64,000 nucleotides of DNA from Octopus sinensis (GCF_006345805.1 NC_042997.1:196044001-196108000), one strand, 5' to 3'. Counted from the stretch's first letter, positions 36,507-51,040 are shown. Numbers and translations are program-made. The notes: generated from the letters alone by a model not told the origin.

Positions 36507-37242
36507 CATACATACATACATACATACATGCACGCATACAATAGATCTTAAAATAAAACCGAATAATGACATACATAGATAAATACAGACAAAACATATA
36601 TTCATGCATTCATACATCTTTATATACGAGAAACTCCAGACATATTTCGCAACAATCCTTAAACAAAAGAACCACATAAAACATACGCCAGTGGGATTAC
36701 CATAGTGTTTACAGCTTGGATATATCATTTGTTTTATCAGCTTTCACGTAAATATTCTAAATATACGCCGTTCGCAAATTGTAATTTCCATACGGGACAT
36801 GTGACTCCAGATTTCACTGTAAACAGGAGAATGAGTAATTAATTCTCAGTATGTTATAAGGCGTTCTGGTTTCAACTCTTTGAAAAGCATTATTTTATAT
36901 TCCTTCTTTCTTTTCTTTCTTCATCTTATTCATTAAATCATGCTTCTTGGAAATAATTCCGTTAATTAACTAACCATTAATTATTTATTCATTTGTTTAT
37001 TCATTTACTTATACATGCGCGAGTTTATATATGTGTGTGCATATATGTGAGTGTGTGTATTCATTCATGTATGTATGTATATATTTATAGTGTACATATA
37101 TATGTATAGATATACATATGAATTTACATATATATTTATGTATATATATATGTACACATATTTATGTATATATATATGTATACACATATATATATATATA
37201 CATACATATATATATATACATACATATATATATATATAATAT

Positions 37243-37274
<32 letters not shown>

Positions 37275-39319
37275 AAGGCTTAAATGTGTATGTATGTATG
37301 TATGTATGTATGTATGTATGTGTGTATGTATGTGTGTATACGCTGCTTATTTCTCGGTAAAATATGAATTTTTCGGAAAGCCGATACATATCTATAGTTT
37401 GCTTCCATCTTTAATTTACTTCGTTACTCCGTTAATCAAGGAATCGTGCTGACTAAGATAACATCAGGATAAAATGTATGGAAATAGCTTTTTTTCTTGA
37501 TTGCTGTATTGCAGGATTTCGACGCTAAATTTGATTAAAATATAGAAACACCGGCGAAACGCGATATGTGTTGATTAAAAGAACAGTAAATTAATGACTA
37601 ATTTTCGCGCTTCAGAAAATCAAAGTTGATGACTATTAATTCTAGCAACTTCAAATTAACTCAGATATATCGATTAAGTAATTTTGATTAATCAATTTAA
37701 ATACATACTCTATATCGGTTCTCTAATTACCTGGAAGAAGAAGAAAAAAGAATTATCAAATTTTTGTGCAAAGTGTTATAATTTTCTTTATGAAATCATA
37801 TGAAATAGTTTGCTGTAAGTTTAGATGTCACTTTCAATTACGGTTTCCATTTTTTTCCGATCAACTCCGATCGTATATCCATAACTGGAGCGATGATGGT
37901 TAGAAGGAAGGGGAAATTTCAACTCATAGCATTATATAAATGCCTAAATTTGACCAAATATTCAATATTGATCTGGAACCTGAAATATTTATTAATGAAA
38001 AATAAAGTAAAATAAAATAAAAACAATTCTTGTGAAAATGAAATGCTAGTTTAAAGAGTTGTTTTATCAAACGGTTTTAACTTTTGGTCTAACCGTTTAA
38101 AAGTCAGAGACATGTTTGAAATCGCCACAAAAATAAAGGAGTCATTTGCAATGTGACTCCCTTAGTTTTTAGCATACTAATATAGACCCCATTCCCTAGA
38201 TTTTTCCCAAGTCTGTCATCTTCTTTCCAATCAAGAACTAAAAGATGATTCAATTTCCTTGACTGCAAAATCTCATGTCAAAGAATACACTGTTTTATTA
38301 GCAAATTTTTAGCCCGTGTATGAAAGTTACGAATCAACAGGGAACTCTTTAAGGATTCGTGCTAATGCTTGAAATAACAACTAAGTCTATCACAAAACCA
38401 TCTACAATGAGAAAATCGCTAGCATGTTTCTTTCAATGACGTAAGCACGTAACCATTTTGCATATTAAGGAAACATCGCAATGTGAAAATGGCAACCTTA
38501 TATCTTTCAATAACGCAAAGATACAATCATTCACATATGAAAGAAACTATGTCCTATTTCACTAACTCAGCATTGTAACAAATCCTCTTCACGTCATCAC
38601 TAAAGTTTTTTTTTTTCCTGGCAATCTTATAACCCCATCTCTGTATATTCTGCGGTCCAAAAGACTAAACTTCTTTTTCGGAGTCAAAAAAGTCCTACAC
38701 TCCCCGAACAACTCAAATTTTAAGTTTACACTAACACTGGAATATTTTCCACATATGGTACAGTATTGCTAATGCACAGCAGCAAAATAAAAAACAAGCC
38801 CGCCAGAAAAAATGCCATCTACCTTCTTAATTCGTAACCACTTGCCAAGTAATTCCAAAGCCTATCGCATATTATCTGTATTTCCTCACTAATTCTTATA
38901 CTCTTTCCAAAATGGCCGTTACTCCTCAAAGCTACGAGGTATATAACACCTCTACCGATACACATGCCGCCATTTCTCGTGTCACTAAATGTTTTCTTAT
39001 TCACTAGATTCCACACTAAACACTTTAACAAATACTTTCCCATCGTTAATCCTACATCATAATCCTGCAGTTGACTGACCTTCCTTGTGCCACCTGAACA
39101 TCAATGTAGTCAATTAATTAAAGTGAGTCTCAGAAAGGTATAGGCACCAACCATAATTTGTAGGTGAAAAGATATACAAATCTCAGTTCTTCTGTCTTGC
39201 AGAATAGAACTCATTAAATAATGTAGTGCTAGCGCCTTCTTCTGGCAATCTTTGAAACCTCACGTCAGGCCATGCTTAAGATAAGAAAGTTGTATTTTCA
39301 TTTCATAAAATATTGAATT

Positions 39320-40632
39320 AAAACTCTCCCGGACTAGCTATGTTTAAAAAAGAAATAATTAATTTACCTAAGTTTCAACATAATCTCGTTCAAAATAATA
39401 ACCTTGCGTAGTAAAAAACTGGTCCCAGCGTTCCTGCCGATTTTGGAATCCGACCTGGAAGTCATTTTCCGTAAGTAAGCCAAGGACCTTCGGCGATTAG
39501 TTCTGCATCTCGACAACGGTATTAAAACAGCGACCTTTGAGCTGCATTTTTATCTTGGGGAAGAGATATAAAACCGCAAGGGCTAAATCTGGAAAATAGG
39601 GCGGATGAGGAGCGATATCATGTTGTTTTTGTGACGAGAAACTCACAAGAGAGGAGTGTTCGGTGACAATGTACATTGTAGTCGTGAAGAATCCACTTCG
39701 TGGACGTTAAGATTGCCTGTACGGACCCATACGACAAACCAACAACATCAGCAATGCCATTCATTGTCCTATGACGATCCTCGTACACAAGCTGATGAAT
39801 TTTATCCACATTTCCAGGGGTGACCATTATGGTAGGTCTTCCAGCTCGTTCATCATCTTCAGGGACGTTCTTCCACGTTTGAAGCGCGCATGCCGCTCGA
39901 AATATTTACTCTCTATTACTTGTTTCAGTAATTTGATAGTGGCCATGCTGGAGCACCACCTTTAGTCGAGCAAATTGACCCAAGGACATATTCTTTGTAA
40001 GCCTAGTAGTTATTCTATCGGTCTCTTTTGCCGAAACGCTAAGTTACATGGATGTAAACACACCAGCATTGGTTGTCAAGCGATGTTTGGGGAACAAACA
40101 CTGACACACAAACGTATAACACACAATCATATATATCTACTTATTACAACGGGCTTCTTTCCGTTTCCGTGTACCAAATTCACTCACAAGGCTTTGGTCG
40201 GCTCGAGGCTATAGTAGACGACACTTGCCCAAGGTGCCACGCAGTGGGACTGAACCCGGAACCATGTGGTTGGTAAGCAAGCTACTTACCACACAGCCTC
40301 TCATACCCCTATATTGCGTATTATTCATTGTCTTGTCACCGTAAACTTGCCGAAGCATGTTCAATGTCTCTGTAGCAGTCGTCCCAAGTTTAACGCAAAA
40401 TTTCACGTTGGCTCTTAGGTTCAACTTCCTGTCCATGACAAAAATCAGACTACACTATACACATGATCACAAAAACAGAAATTTCATAACTTGCGAAATA
40501 AACACAGTGATGTGACACGGCACACTGCTGCCTCATGAAGCTCATTGTTAGCACGCTCTCTTGGCGCACAGATCCGTGGACTGCCATCTGTTGGTGCGTT
40601 ACAGAACTAGTCCAAGAACGTTTTGATACCAC
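39320..40632 (-). mobile_element. Internally deleted mariner element interrupted by SINE-A
   Basis: MDRKLNLRANVKFCVKLGTTATETLNMLRQVYG, LVYEDRH.T, WILHDYNV, ERWDQF..QGYYFE; decayed TIR-like ends. Confidence 0.82.
39905..40310 (-). mobile_element. SINE-A nested in the mariner element
   Basis: Full head-to-tail match on the minus strand. Confidence 0.9.
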
Positions 40633-40769
40633 AAAATATATGGATTTTTGATATGAGCTTTAACCATCCTACCACTTGTAGTTGATATCTGTCTTTAGCC
40701 TCATTTTGCTGTGAATTCTCTCTATTTTCTTCATTTCATCACCCGTTGTTCCTTCCACCTAACCTGGAA

Positions 40770-41410
40770 GACTGGTTCTTTTCACGAATACATTTCTTCC
40801 ATCACTTCAAATAAATTCTAAATGCTCCGAGAGAGGGCCGCAAAGCCGATGCCATTTATTTTGACATCAGTAAAGTTATTCACACAGTCGATGCCAGCAT
40901 TCTGAGGGAGAAATTATCCAACTTTGGAACCCGTGGTAAGCTACTGAAGACCTTTAATGTCTCCTGACAAACACAGCCCAACGTGTTCTGATTGATAGAT
41001 TTCCTTAATACGGAAAAACGGGTAATTAGTGATATCCCGCAGGGTACTATGTTAGGCCCACTTCCGTTTATTATTCACATAAAGAATGCAAAAATATCAC
41101 CAAGGAAATTAAATTAAAGACCTTTGCAAATTATTCTGAGGTCTGTTAAGGGAGTGTGGGACCGAAAATATCTCCAATATGGTGTATACGCTTTGATAAG
41201 TAGAAAAGAAACAATATGCTGCTAACCGATGTAAACTTTGAGTATATTTCAATTCGAAAAGTGAGCATACGTACTTAATGAGCTATAATCTGTTCCCTCG
41301 TGATTAGCACCTCGTAGCGTCAAATAGTATCAAAATCTTATATGTAACTGTGAGCAACAACATAATCTGAAACGCACATATTATCAATAAGTTCAACATG
41401 GTCCAGAAAA
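40770..41410 (+). pseudogene. CR1-group reverse transcriptase remnant
   Basis: DAIYFDISKVIHTV..KLSNFG.RGKLL, SDIPQGTMLGPL.FI, FANYS (cf. FADD). Confidence 0.75.
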
Positions 41411-41412
41411 TG

Positions 41413-41557
41413 TGGAGGTGCAAGGCTTTGTGGTTAGGGCATTGGACTTCCGATTGCAGCATTGCGATGTTCATTCCTGGATCGGGCGATGCATTGTGTT
41501 CTTGAGTAAAACACGACTGACTGGCTCTAGAAACCGAGAAATCGGCCCTATGAGTCT
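41413..41557 (+). mobile_element. SINE-C-like decayed, deleted copy
   Basis: ggaggtgcaaggc..gtggttagggc head; gaaaccgagaaatcggccctatgag matches tail type 1. Confidence 0.6.
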
Positions 41558-41659
41558 AGATTATCACTTCAACATTTTCGGAGTAAGTTACTGTTTCCCA
41601 TTTTGTTTTCTATAAGGTTGCCAGGGTAAGGTAGGTTCTTTAACCCTCGGCGACGGAAT

Positions 41660-41716
41660 AATGAGTCGCTGATGAAGATTAATCAAATCTGAAATCAGCG
41701 CTGATATGACTTCATT
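41660..41716 (+). ncRNA. Type I hammerhead ribozyme with fully palindromic stem III
   Basis: aatgagtcg-CTGATGA-AGATT aatca AATCT-GAAA-TCAGCGCTGA-TA-tgacttcatt; all three stems pair. Confidence 0.8.
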
Positions 41717-41904
41717 TCACTTGATGTAGGTGGGGAGCTTGTCTCCCTTGTCAGTTGTTAGAAAGGTGCTCTCACGTGGCTAAGAATTGTTTTGACTGAT
41801 ATTTCTAGCAATGCTGGTCCTTACTAGCACCCTCCGTCAATATAGTGATGACAATACTTGTTGCCTTTCGGTTATAAATTGTGAATAAACACCTTCATAG
41901 TTTA

Positions 41905-42285
41905 AGCGCAGCGGGACTGTGTCATAAGAAGCTTGCTTACCAACCACATGGTTCCAGGTTCAGTCCCACAGCATGGCACCTTGGACCAATGTCTTCTACC
42001 ATAGCCTCGAGCCGACCAAAGCCTTGTGAGTGGATTTGGAAACTGAAAGAAGCCCGTCGTATATATGCATATATGCGTGTGTATCTGTGTTTGTTCATCC
42101 ACCATCGTTTGACAACCGATGCTGGTGTGTTTCCGTCCCCGTAACTTAGCAGTTCGACAAAAGAGAGCGATATAATAAGTACTGAGCTTACAAATAATAA
42201 GTCCTGGGGCCATTTTTTCGACTAAATGTGGACTTCCAGCATGTCCACAGTCACATGACTGAAACAAGTAAAAGAATAAAAGAAT
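41905..42285 (+). mobile_element. SINE-A, full length
   Basis: Head-to-tail match. Confidence 0.9.
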
Positions 42286-42320
42286 ATATATATATATATA
42301 TATTATATCTATATATATAG

Positions 42321-42352
<32 letters not shown>

Positions 42353-42663
42353 TTTTATGCTCAGTTATAATAAAATCCATTTTACATTAACCTGGTGGTT
42401 TGCTCTATAACTTTTTAGAGTACAAATATATTTTCTTAAACAAGAAATTGTTGACAGTGTCTTCGAAGTTTCGACCAACTAAACGATCGTCCGGAAATGG
42501 CTTAGCTAGCCGAAACATCGAAGTAGCTGTCATCAACATTCTGTTTAAGAAAAATACACGCGTATATATAATATATTATATATATATACATAGATACGTA
42601 TACGCATGAATGTATCCACTATCCATATATATAGAGAAAGAAGTGTACAGACAGACAGACAGG

Positions 42664-42705
<42 letters not shown>

Positions 42706-42734
42706 TATAGATAGATAGATAGATAGATAGATAG

Positions 42735-43160
42735 TTTTCTTTATTAGCCACACAGGGCTGCACACAGATAGAACAAATTACAAGGTAGAGCTTTTCTTTT
42801 GAAGGTATTAAAAAAAAAAAAAAAAAAAAAAAAGGAAGGGGGAGGTTCGATCAAAAGGGATCGTAAAAGGAGAGAAGAGGACAAAAATAAGGGGGGTTGA
42901 AAAAAAAAAAAAAAGGGGGGAGAGGAAAAAAAAAAATGATCAATAGGGATCGTTATCACAGAAATGTCAATATGAAGTGTAAAGGGGAGGACAGGTGAGG
43001 TTTACCCGTGGAAAGAAAAGCCTGCGGAAAAGACCACGGTAACCTCGGTCAATGAAGTCACATTTTATATTTCTTTTTTTTTTTTTTTTTTTTTGCAAAT
43101 AAGCAACTCTCTGTTTTCGATTTCTGGGTTCATAGGACTATGTAAAGTTAAGCTCGTCCC
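42735..43160 (-). mobile_element. Tx1-like LINE 3' end in a (GATA)n array, copy 1
   Basis: Minus strand ends gcagccctgtgtggctaataaagaaa then (ctat)n; same terminal architecture as 11545-11580. Confidence 0.6.
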
Positions 43161-43164
43161 TAGG

Positions 43165-43199
<35 letters not shown>

Positions 43200-43248
43200 G
43201 TAGATAGATAGATAGATAGATAGGTAGATAGATAGATAGATAGGAAGG

Positions 43249-43311
<63 letters not shown>

Positions 43312-43317
43312 GTAGAT

Positions 43318-43672
43318 TGTTTCTTATTAGCCACACAGGGCTGCACACAGATAGAACAAATTACAAGGTAGAGCTTTTCTTTTGAAGGTATTAAAAAAAA
43401 AAAAAAAAAAAAGGAAGGGGGAGGTTCGATCAAAAGGGATCGTAAAAGGAGAGAAAGAGGACAAAAATAAGGGGGGTTAAAAAAAAAAAAAAAGGGGGGG
43501 GGGGGGAAAAAAAAAATGATAATAGGGATCGTTATCACAGAAATGTCAATATGAAGTGTAAAGGGAGGACAGGTGAGGTTACCCGTGGAAAGAAAAGCCT
43601 GCGGAAAAGACCACGGTAACCTCGGTCAATGAAGTCACATTTTATATTTCTTTTTTTTTTTTTTTTTTTTTG
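43318..43672 (-). mobile_element. Tx1-like LINE 3' end in a (GATA)n array, copy 2
   Basis: Near-identical to 42735-43095, with a shorter 5' extent. Confidence 0.6.
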
Positions 43673-43706
<34 letters not shown>

Positions 43707-43712
43707 TATAGG

Positions 43713-43743
<31 letters not shown>

Positions 43744-43792
43744 GTAGATAGATAGATAGATAGATAGGTAGATAGATAGATAGATAGATAGG

Positions 43793-43862
<70 letters not shown>

Positions 43863-43863
43863 T

Positions 43864-43935
<72 letters not shown>

Positions 43936-43936
43936 G

Positions 43937-43979
<43 letters not shown>

Positions 43980-43988
43980 GTAGATAGG

Positions 43989-44068
<80 letters not shown>
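43673..44068. repeat. Long (GATA)n microsatellite (~400 bp)
   Basis: Direct reading. Confidence 0.97.
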
Positions 44069-45035
44069 ATCTCGCCATGTCTTTACGTGTCTGCGCATAC
44101 AAATACACATAAATAATGTATACTTAGAACTAAAGCGGTCTGTCGTTACTTTCTTTTTCTTTTAGATAAATCAACGTCTTTAACTATTTACAGTTCTTTG
44201 AAGAGTGAAATCTCAAGTAATAAATATATACAACAACAAAAGCAACTAAAATTGCAGTCGATATTTTTATCATCACCTAATTCTGAGGCCGCCATCACCA
44301 GCACCGCCACTACCACCACCGCCACCGCCATCACAATATTACTGTTTCACTGTTGACCAAATGAAAGCCATAACGCCAATAACTAAATAGATAAACACTA
44401 AATATTATTACCTGTTTATAAATGAGGTTGTGGTTTTCTCAAATAATTAATAAGAAGAACATAGACATTGAATTAATGAAGTTATTTTTATGAGTAAAAC
44501 GCTCTATACACACTTTTAAACATTAAGATCTACTCTATAATTTACGTACGCCGGCTATTTTGATAACACAAACCAATAATGTTATTCGTACATTTTTTAT
44601 TTTTCATTTTAGCTTTCAATATATTTGTTGCTTTTGATGAGAGGGAAAAATATGTTTAACAAATGCTATAAAATAGAGTGAATCCTTATAAAGTAGAAAT
44701 AATATAATGAAAGTTTTCTGAAAAGTTATTTTTGAAAATAGCCAGCCATCGTGATTGGTTGTCAAGACTCACATGATTTTAGTGAACTTACTGTTTCAGT
44801 ATTCACCTCATGCTATTTATTTATGGATGGCTTTACGATGAGAAAACAACGAAAAAATAATACACAGATCATATAAAGTACGGAGGAAAATAACATTTAA
44901 TAATCGAATTAAGACAGAATAAAATTTTTAAAAGAATATTTCTTTAAACACCTTGAACTATCTGACAAAAATGCGTAGTGAAGTATAGAAAAATGAAAGG
45001 GCAAGCTTACGAGAAAAGTGTTGATAAAATTCTTG

Positions 45036-45461
45036 GGATCTTTTCGGTTTGACCGGCAGTTTTTAAAAATAATTTCCACGTAACTAAACACTTTTAAACT
45101 TCGTATACTGGTAGAATGTGTTTTTAAAACATCTTTTTCTCTTGGCTTTATTGAGAAAATTCTATAGTTTGTAAGATATTTGTTGTTGTTTTTTTCTTCA
45201 ATTCCTGCAATTTCAACCAATCAGTGACGTCTAACTGAGGTGAAAACATTCTGTGCCGTATGAATATGTCCCTCGTTTAAGAAACAGATTGGGTTTATTT
45301 ACATTTCTGAAGAAAAAAAGATACCCTTCCCCCCACACCTAACCCTAAGCCTAACCCTAAAAGAGATTGAAATGCAATAGATCGATACTAGGGTCATAAT
45401 TATAATTGACAATTTCATATGACACCGCTAGAAAAAACTGCCGTTCAAACCGAAAAGATCC
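45036..45461. mobile_element. MITE with ~29-bp TIRs and 8-bp TSD (Merlin-like)
   Basis: TIRs ggatcttttcggtttgaccggcagttttt / aaaaactgccgttcaaaccgaaaagatcc; TSD aattcttg at 45028-45035 and 45462-45469. GG termini with an 8-bp TSD fit Merlin. Confidence 0.82.
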
Positions 45462-46884
45462 AATTCTTGTAGTCTTGTCGTGTCCAGAAAATTAATATAA
45501 CGAATATTTATTCAGGAAAGAAATCGCGTAAATTATTGACATTTTCTTATCGAAGTAGATGTTTTATTAAAAATTAAATAGAAATTTCTCTGAAAATAAA
45601 ATCGATGGTGACTTTTATGCTGACAGAAGCAACCTCCTGGGATAAACCCTAAATAACAATATGCTTTCTCTATGCATTTGATGCAAGTGAAGGCCCGACG
45701 AATTGAATAAATAATTCAAAACAGCCTGAAGAAACTTACAAAATGTTGCGAAGACATTACATGTAGACAATTATATATTCTTTTATATGTTTCAGTGCAA
45801 TGACTGTGGCCATGTTGGAGCACTGTCATTGTGATCATCTTTCACTTTCCACCTTTGTCGGAGCGGCTTTGGTGAAGGATGGAGTTCGATGTTACTGCCC
45901 TCTTTTGAGTTTATTGCTTAGATATTGGTTCATCCGGGATCACAGTGAGCCCGAGGTCAAGTTCGCGTTTGAAAACATCTACATCCACACTATGGAGCCT
46001 CCTCAGATTCTTCGGCAGACAGTCAAACAGCTGTGGGCACCTGAAACCCAAGCTATTGCAGTACATATATTATAAATTTTGATGACTGGCGGATGAAGAA
46101 ACCTGGTGGAGCAGAACAGAGAATAGCTTACTGCATTATGGTACGGTACTTTTTATTCAGGCGAAGGAGCATGACTTAGAGGTTATAATATTGTTTTCAC
46201 TTTCTCGAGGTCGAAATGTAAATTCCTGGATCGGATGTCACGTTGTTTCCTTGATAATAAATAATACTTCGTTTAACGTTTCTCCTTTTCAATCAGCGAG
46301 AAATAAATACCAACAGTACCTGGAAGTTAACTTTGCAAAACACAGGTGACAACCTTACAGAAAGAAAATGTGTATCTTCAGACACTTAATGCTTCATAAA
46401 CTGGAATATGTTACGGCCTATTTAACATGTAGATTTGTGATAGATATTCTTTTTAAAATTTACATTCTTAATTCAAATAATGACAGTCACGTTTACAGTC
46501 TTATGCTTCCGTGACGATAAAAAGAAAATCCCTCGTCAAGTGATATGATCAATTACCTGCAAGTTTCCAACCCAGCTCTACTCCTAAAGAGTTACTATTA
46601 TCTTGGTAGGAAACAGAATTGGCTGAAATTGAGAGAATAATGCTCATCAGCGTTTAGAAATTTTCTCTTAAAATTCTAGTTGATAATCAAGGAAGGTTTC
46701 TTTTAGACTTCTCATAAATATTTCTTTAAATTTCATAAATTTGATAATCTACTATTAACGTTTTAACACTTTTGTGTAAATACATATTATGTATATATTA
46801 CCTACGTATTTCAATTAGTTTGAAAGATAATCAAGTAATAAGAGTGATTTACCAAATAACTCCAATTTTCATAATTACGTTGGT

Positions 46885-47100
46885 GAAGGCAGTGAACCGT
46901 CAGAATCGTTATCATGTGCAAAAATTCTTAACGGCATTTCTTCCAAATCATCACGTTCTGAGTTCAAATACAGCCGAAGTCTACTTTTTGTCTTTCAGAC
47001 ATTCGGTGTAAATAAACTGAGCACCGGAGTAGATATAATCGATTAACTCCATCTCCACAAAAAAAGAATTGCTGGACTTATATATCAATAAATGAAACCA
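46885..47100 (+). mobile_element. SINE-B, old decayed copy
   Basis: cgttctgagttcaaatacagccgaagtctacttt..aatcgattaac..aattgctggactt. Confidence 0.6.
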
Positions 47101-47887
47101 TTGTTGAGCTGATGTTTCTTGCATATTGTTAGGATGGGAGGTTTCAGTTTAAAGATGAACATTTCAAAACAAAAAGGTTTTTTTTTCACATCATAGAATG
47201 AGAAGTGTTCTTAAAGAGTTTGGTAGTAAAAGGAGTAAAAATGATACATCCTTTGTAACTAAAGATCTCCGATATCAATGTATCCCGTGCAGCATTGAGT
47301 ATTAAGACTTTTGAATTTGTACAACAAACTTGTCAACAGTGGTGTAAGCTTAAACCTATAGGTTTTACTGACATCAGCCGATCTATTTGTCGGTTAAATT
47401 AATGCTTCACTGAAACATGATCAAATATAACGATATCAGCTGTCGCCGTTGTTGTTGCGGAGCTCAAGAGAAATCATATCAACTCATAGAAAGGCAGATA
47501 ATTAGTAATGCAATCGACTACGGATTACGAAGCAAATTAATTCGTCGGGGATAATGCGATATTTATGAACTTATCCGGCAGTTTAAAGGAAATTATTTTA
47601 TCGATCCATGAAGAATGATATACAGAGAAATATAAGATATCTGTCACTGATTTATATTGGAATTAAGACAAAATTTGTAGAGTTGCAAAATCTTATCCTC
47701 TATAAAATCTTTGACAAAGATCTTCACTGTTGAGGAGAATTATTTTCGCAACTGGATGTTTCTGATATTCGTAGATTCTAATATAAGCACAAGACCAGCA
47801 GTTTCTCATTGTCACGAGTTAACTGTATATCGACCGCAGTACGTGAATGACACTTTATCTCATCTACTCCGCAAGGAAGAAAGGTAA

Positions 47888-48400
47888 AACCTTTACCTGA
47901 CTTTGGAGGAGGAAGTTGAACAGGCCAAAAATGTATTCCTCTAGCCAAGCCCTCATAACTTTGTCAAGATTCGCTTGAAAAGAAAACTTTGGGTAGAAAT
48001 GAAAGGACTGCCCCCTAGTAGATTCTTTGACAGATGTGTGAACCTTTACCTGACTTTGGCGGAGGAAGTTGAAAGGCCTAAAAACGTATTTCTCTGGTCA
48101 AGCCCTCATAACTTTGTCAAGATTCACTTGAAAAGAAAAGTTTGGGTAGAAATGAAAGGACTGCCCTCTAGTAGATTTGCTGAAAGATATGCGAAAGTGG
48201 TAGCCATGGTCAAAGAGAACGGCCCTTCTTCGAGCATGAAGCTGTAGGTCGGAGGAAAACTGGGAGTTGGCGTTTGCTTTAGATGTCAGTGTAGTTTTGT
48301 GGAGCTCCAATGAGTAGTCATCATAGAATCCCCTTTTGGGGAACTATTCCTTGTTTGGAATTTAGTGATTGTTTTTTCCTTTAAAAAATGTATTCATTTT
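47888..48400 (+). mobile_element. Tx1-like ORF2 terminus with a 153-bp tandem duplication
   Basis: NFVKIHLKRKVWVEMK..RFAERY resembles HLKRKLWLEKR..FQKRW at ~11240; units 47888-48040 and 48041-48193. Confidence 0.65.
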
Positions 48401-48469
48401 CTCATATAATCTCACATTGCATCATCCTGTTCCGTAATGGAGGATAGGAAAAAGTGACAATATGATTGA

Positions 48470-49660
48470 AGGCTTGGGGAGGCGCAAGAAGACTGCACAC
48501 GGAGACAACATGATCAATAGTTTCAATTTGTTTTTGACATACACATGTTGGGCAGATCTCGTTCTTTAATATGTGGCCTGGTAGTTTCTTGTAGGTAGGC
48601 ATTGATCTTAGGCTGCTATGATAAACCCTTCTGTTTTTGATTTTAAGGCAGAAGCTACTAGCCATTGATGGGTAATAGTGTCAACATCGACACTTAGTTT
48701 TCTTTGGGTATTTGCCATTAAGATGTTTTCCTTGCCATTTATCAGTAAGAATATCTAAGGTAGCAGTTTTAGCACGGCTTTTCATACGATTAACTTTTTC
48801 TGTGTTTGTTTCTAGTATGTCTAATTCTGGAATTTATGGTATTTGGTATTCACTCAAATATACTTTCGCCTGTGTTGTTACTGAGTATGATGCTTTCTTG
48901 TTTTCGTGTTTTGTGACAAGTTTTAACATCCAGTCCTCAAAGTTTTTCAGGTTGGTATCTAGGCCAACTGTGGCAATCTTCATTGTTAATGCCAATTGTA
49001 AAAGTCCAGGTCTCCATCTTTTCTTGGCAGATAAAGTAACACTCAAGACAGAGCTGAATGCAAGAAACAGGATCGAAGCGATCAATACTTTAGCCATACC
49101 AGTAGTGACTTACAGGTTCTGTATCATTAACTGGTCAATTACTGAAATATGTAATTTTGACGGAAAAATATGAAAATTGTTGACAATGCATAGAATGCAT
49201 CACCCTAAGGCAGATGTAGAAAGACGGGTAGTCATGATGTGTATATTGGGCTTCGCATAATTGTACCCCAGTGTCACTTGCGTACTCTTACCCTGCAATA
49301 ACATTCTCTTCTGATCCTACCCTTCATCACTGAATGTTTGATTCCGTCCCCTTCAAATAACCCTAGGTATTTGTGGCTCTCCGCCACACTTGTCATTCTT
49401 TGGTCAAGATTAACATTGGATGTTTCTGTCATTTTTCCTTTGATAAAGATAACTTTTGCACATTTACCGAGGCCAATGAGCATCCTGATGTCATCACTGA
49501 ATTGTTTAACAATCGCTAGTAAACCCTGCTGTTTTGTGTTGTTTTTTGCAAAGAGCTTTAAATCATCAATGTAAATGAATTGATTTATATTTTTATCAAA
49601 TATTTTATAACTGTACTGTATATCATTGAGCAATTTCGAGAGGAGCATTAAGGCTAGAAA
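48470..49660 (-). mobile_element. R4/Dong-like LINE remnant (RT to zinc knuckle) with internal inversion
   Basis: FIYIDDLKLFAKN, HKYLGL, GLLQL..ATVGL, CPTCVC..ETIDHVVSVC on minus. LKTELNARNRIEAINTLAIP..HPKADVER (49030-49223) lies on plus. Confidence 0.85.
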
Positions 49661-49680
49661 ATTATTATTATCATTATTAT

Positions 49681-50892
<1,212 letters not shown>

Positions 50893-50893
50893 G

Positions 50894-50962
<69 letters not shown>

Positions 50963-50997
50963 CATCATCATTATTATTATTGTTGTTATTATTATCC

Positions 50998-51040
<43 letters not shown>

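Noticed and set aside
38819-39064. Minus-strand 74-aa ORF with possible splice sites
   Set aside because: Weak acceptor, no recognisable motif, no partner exons; cannot be told from chance or decayed repeat.
42735-43672. Repeat-spacer-like patterns as a CRISPR array
   Set aside because: Eukaryotic context, no constant short repeat with unique spacers, no cas genes.
45338-45361. Chromosome end or true telomere
   Set aside because: Only about four imperfect units, inside a MITE.
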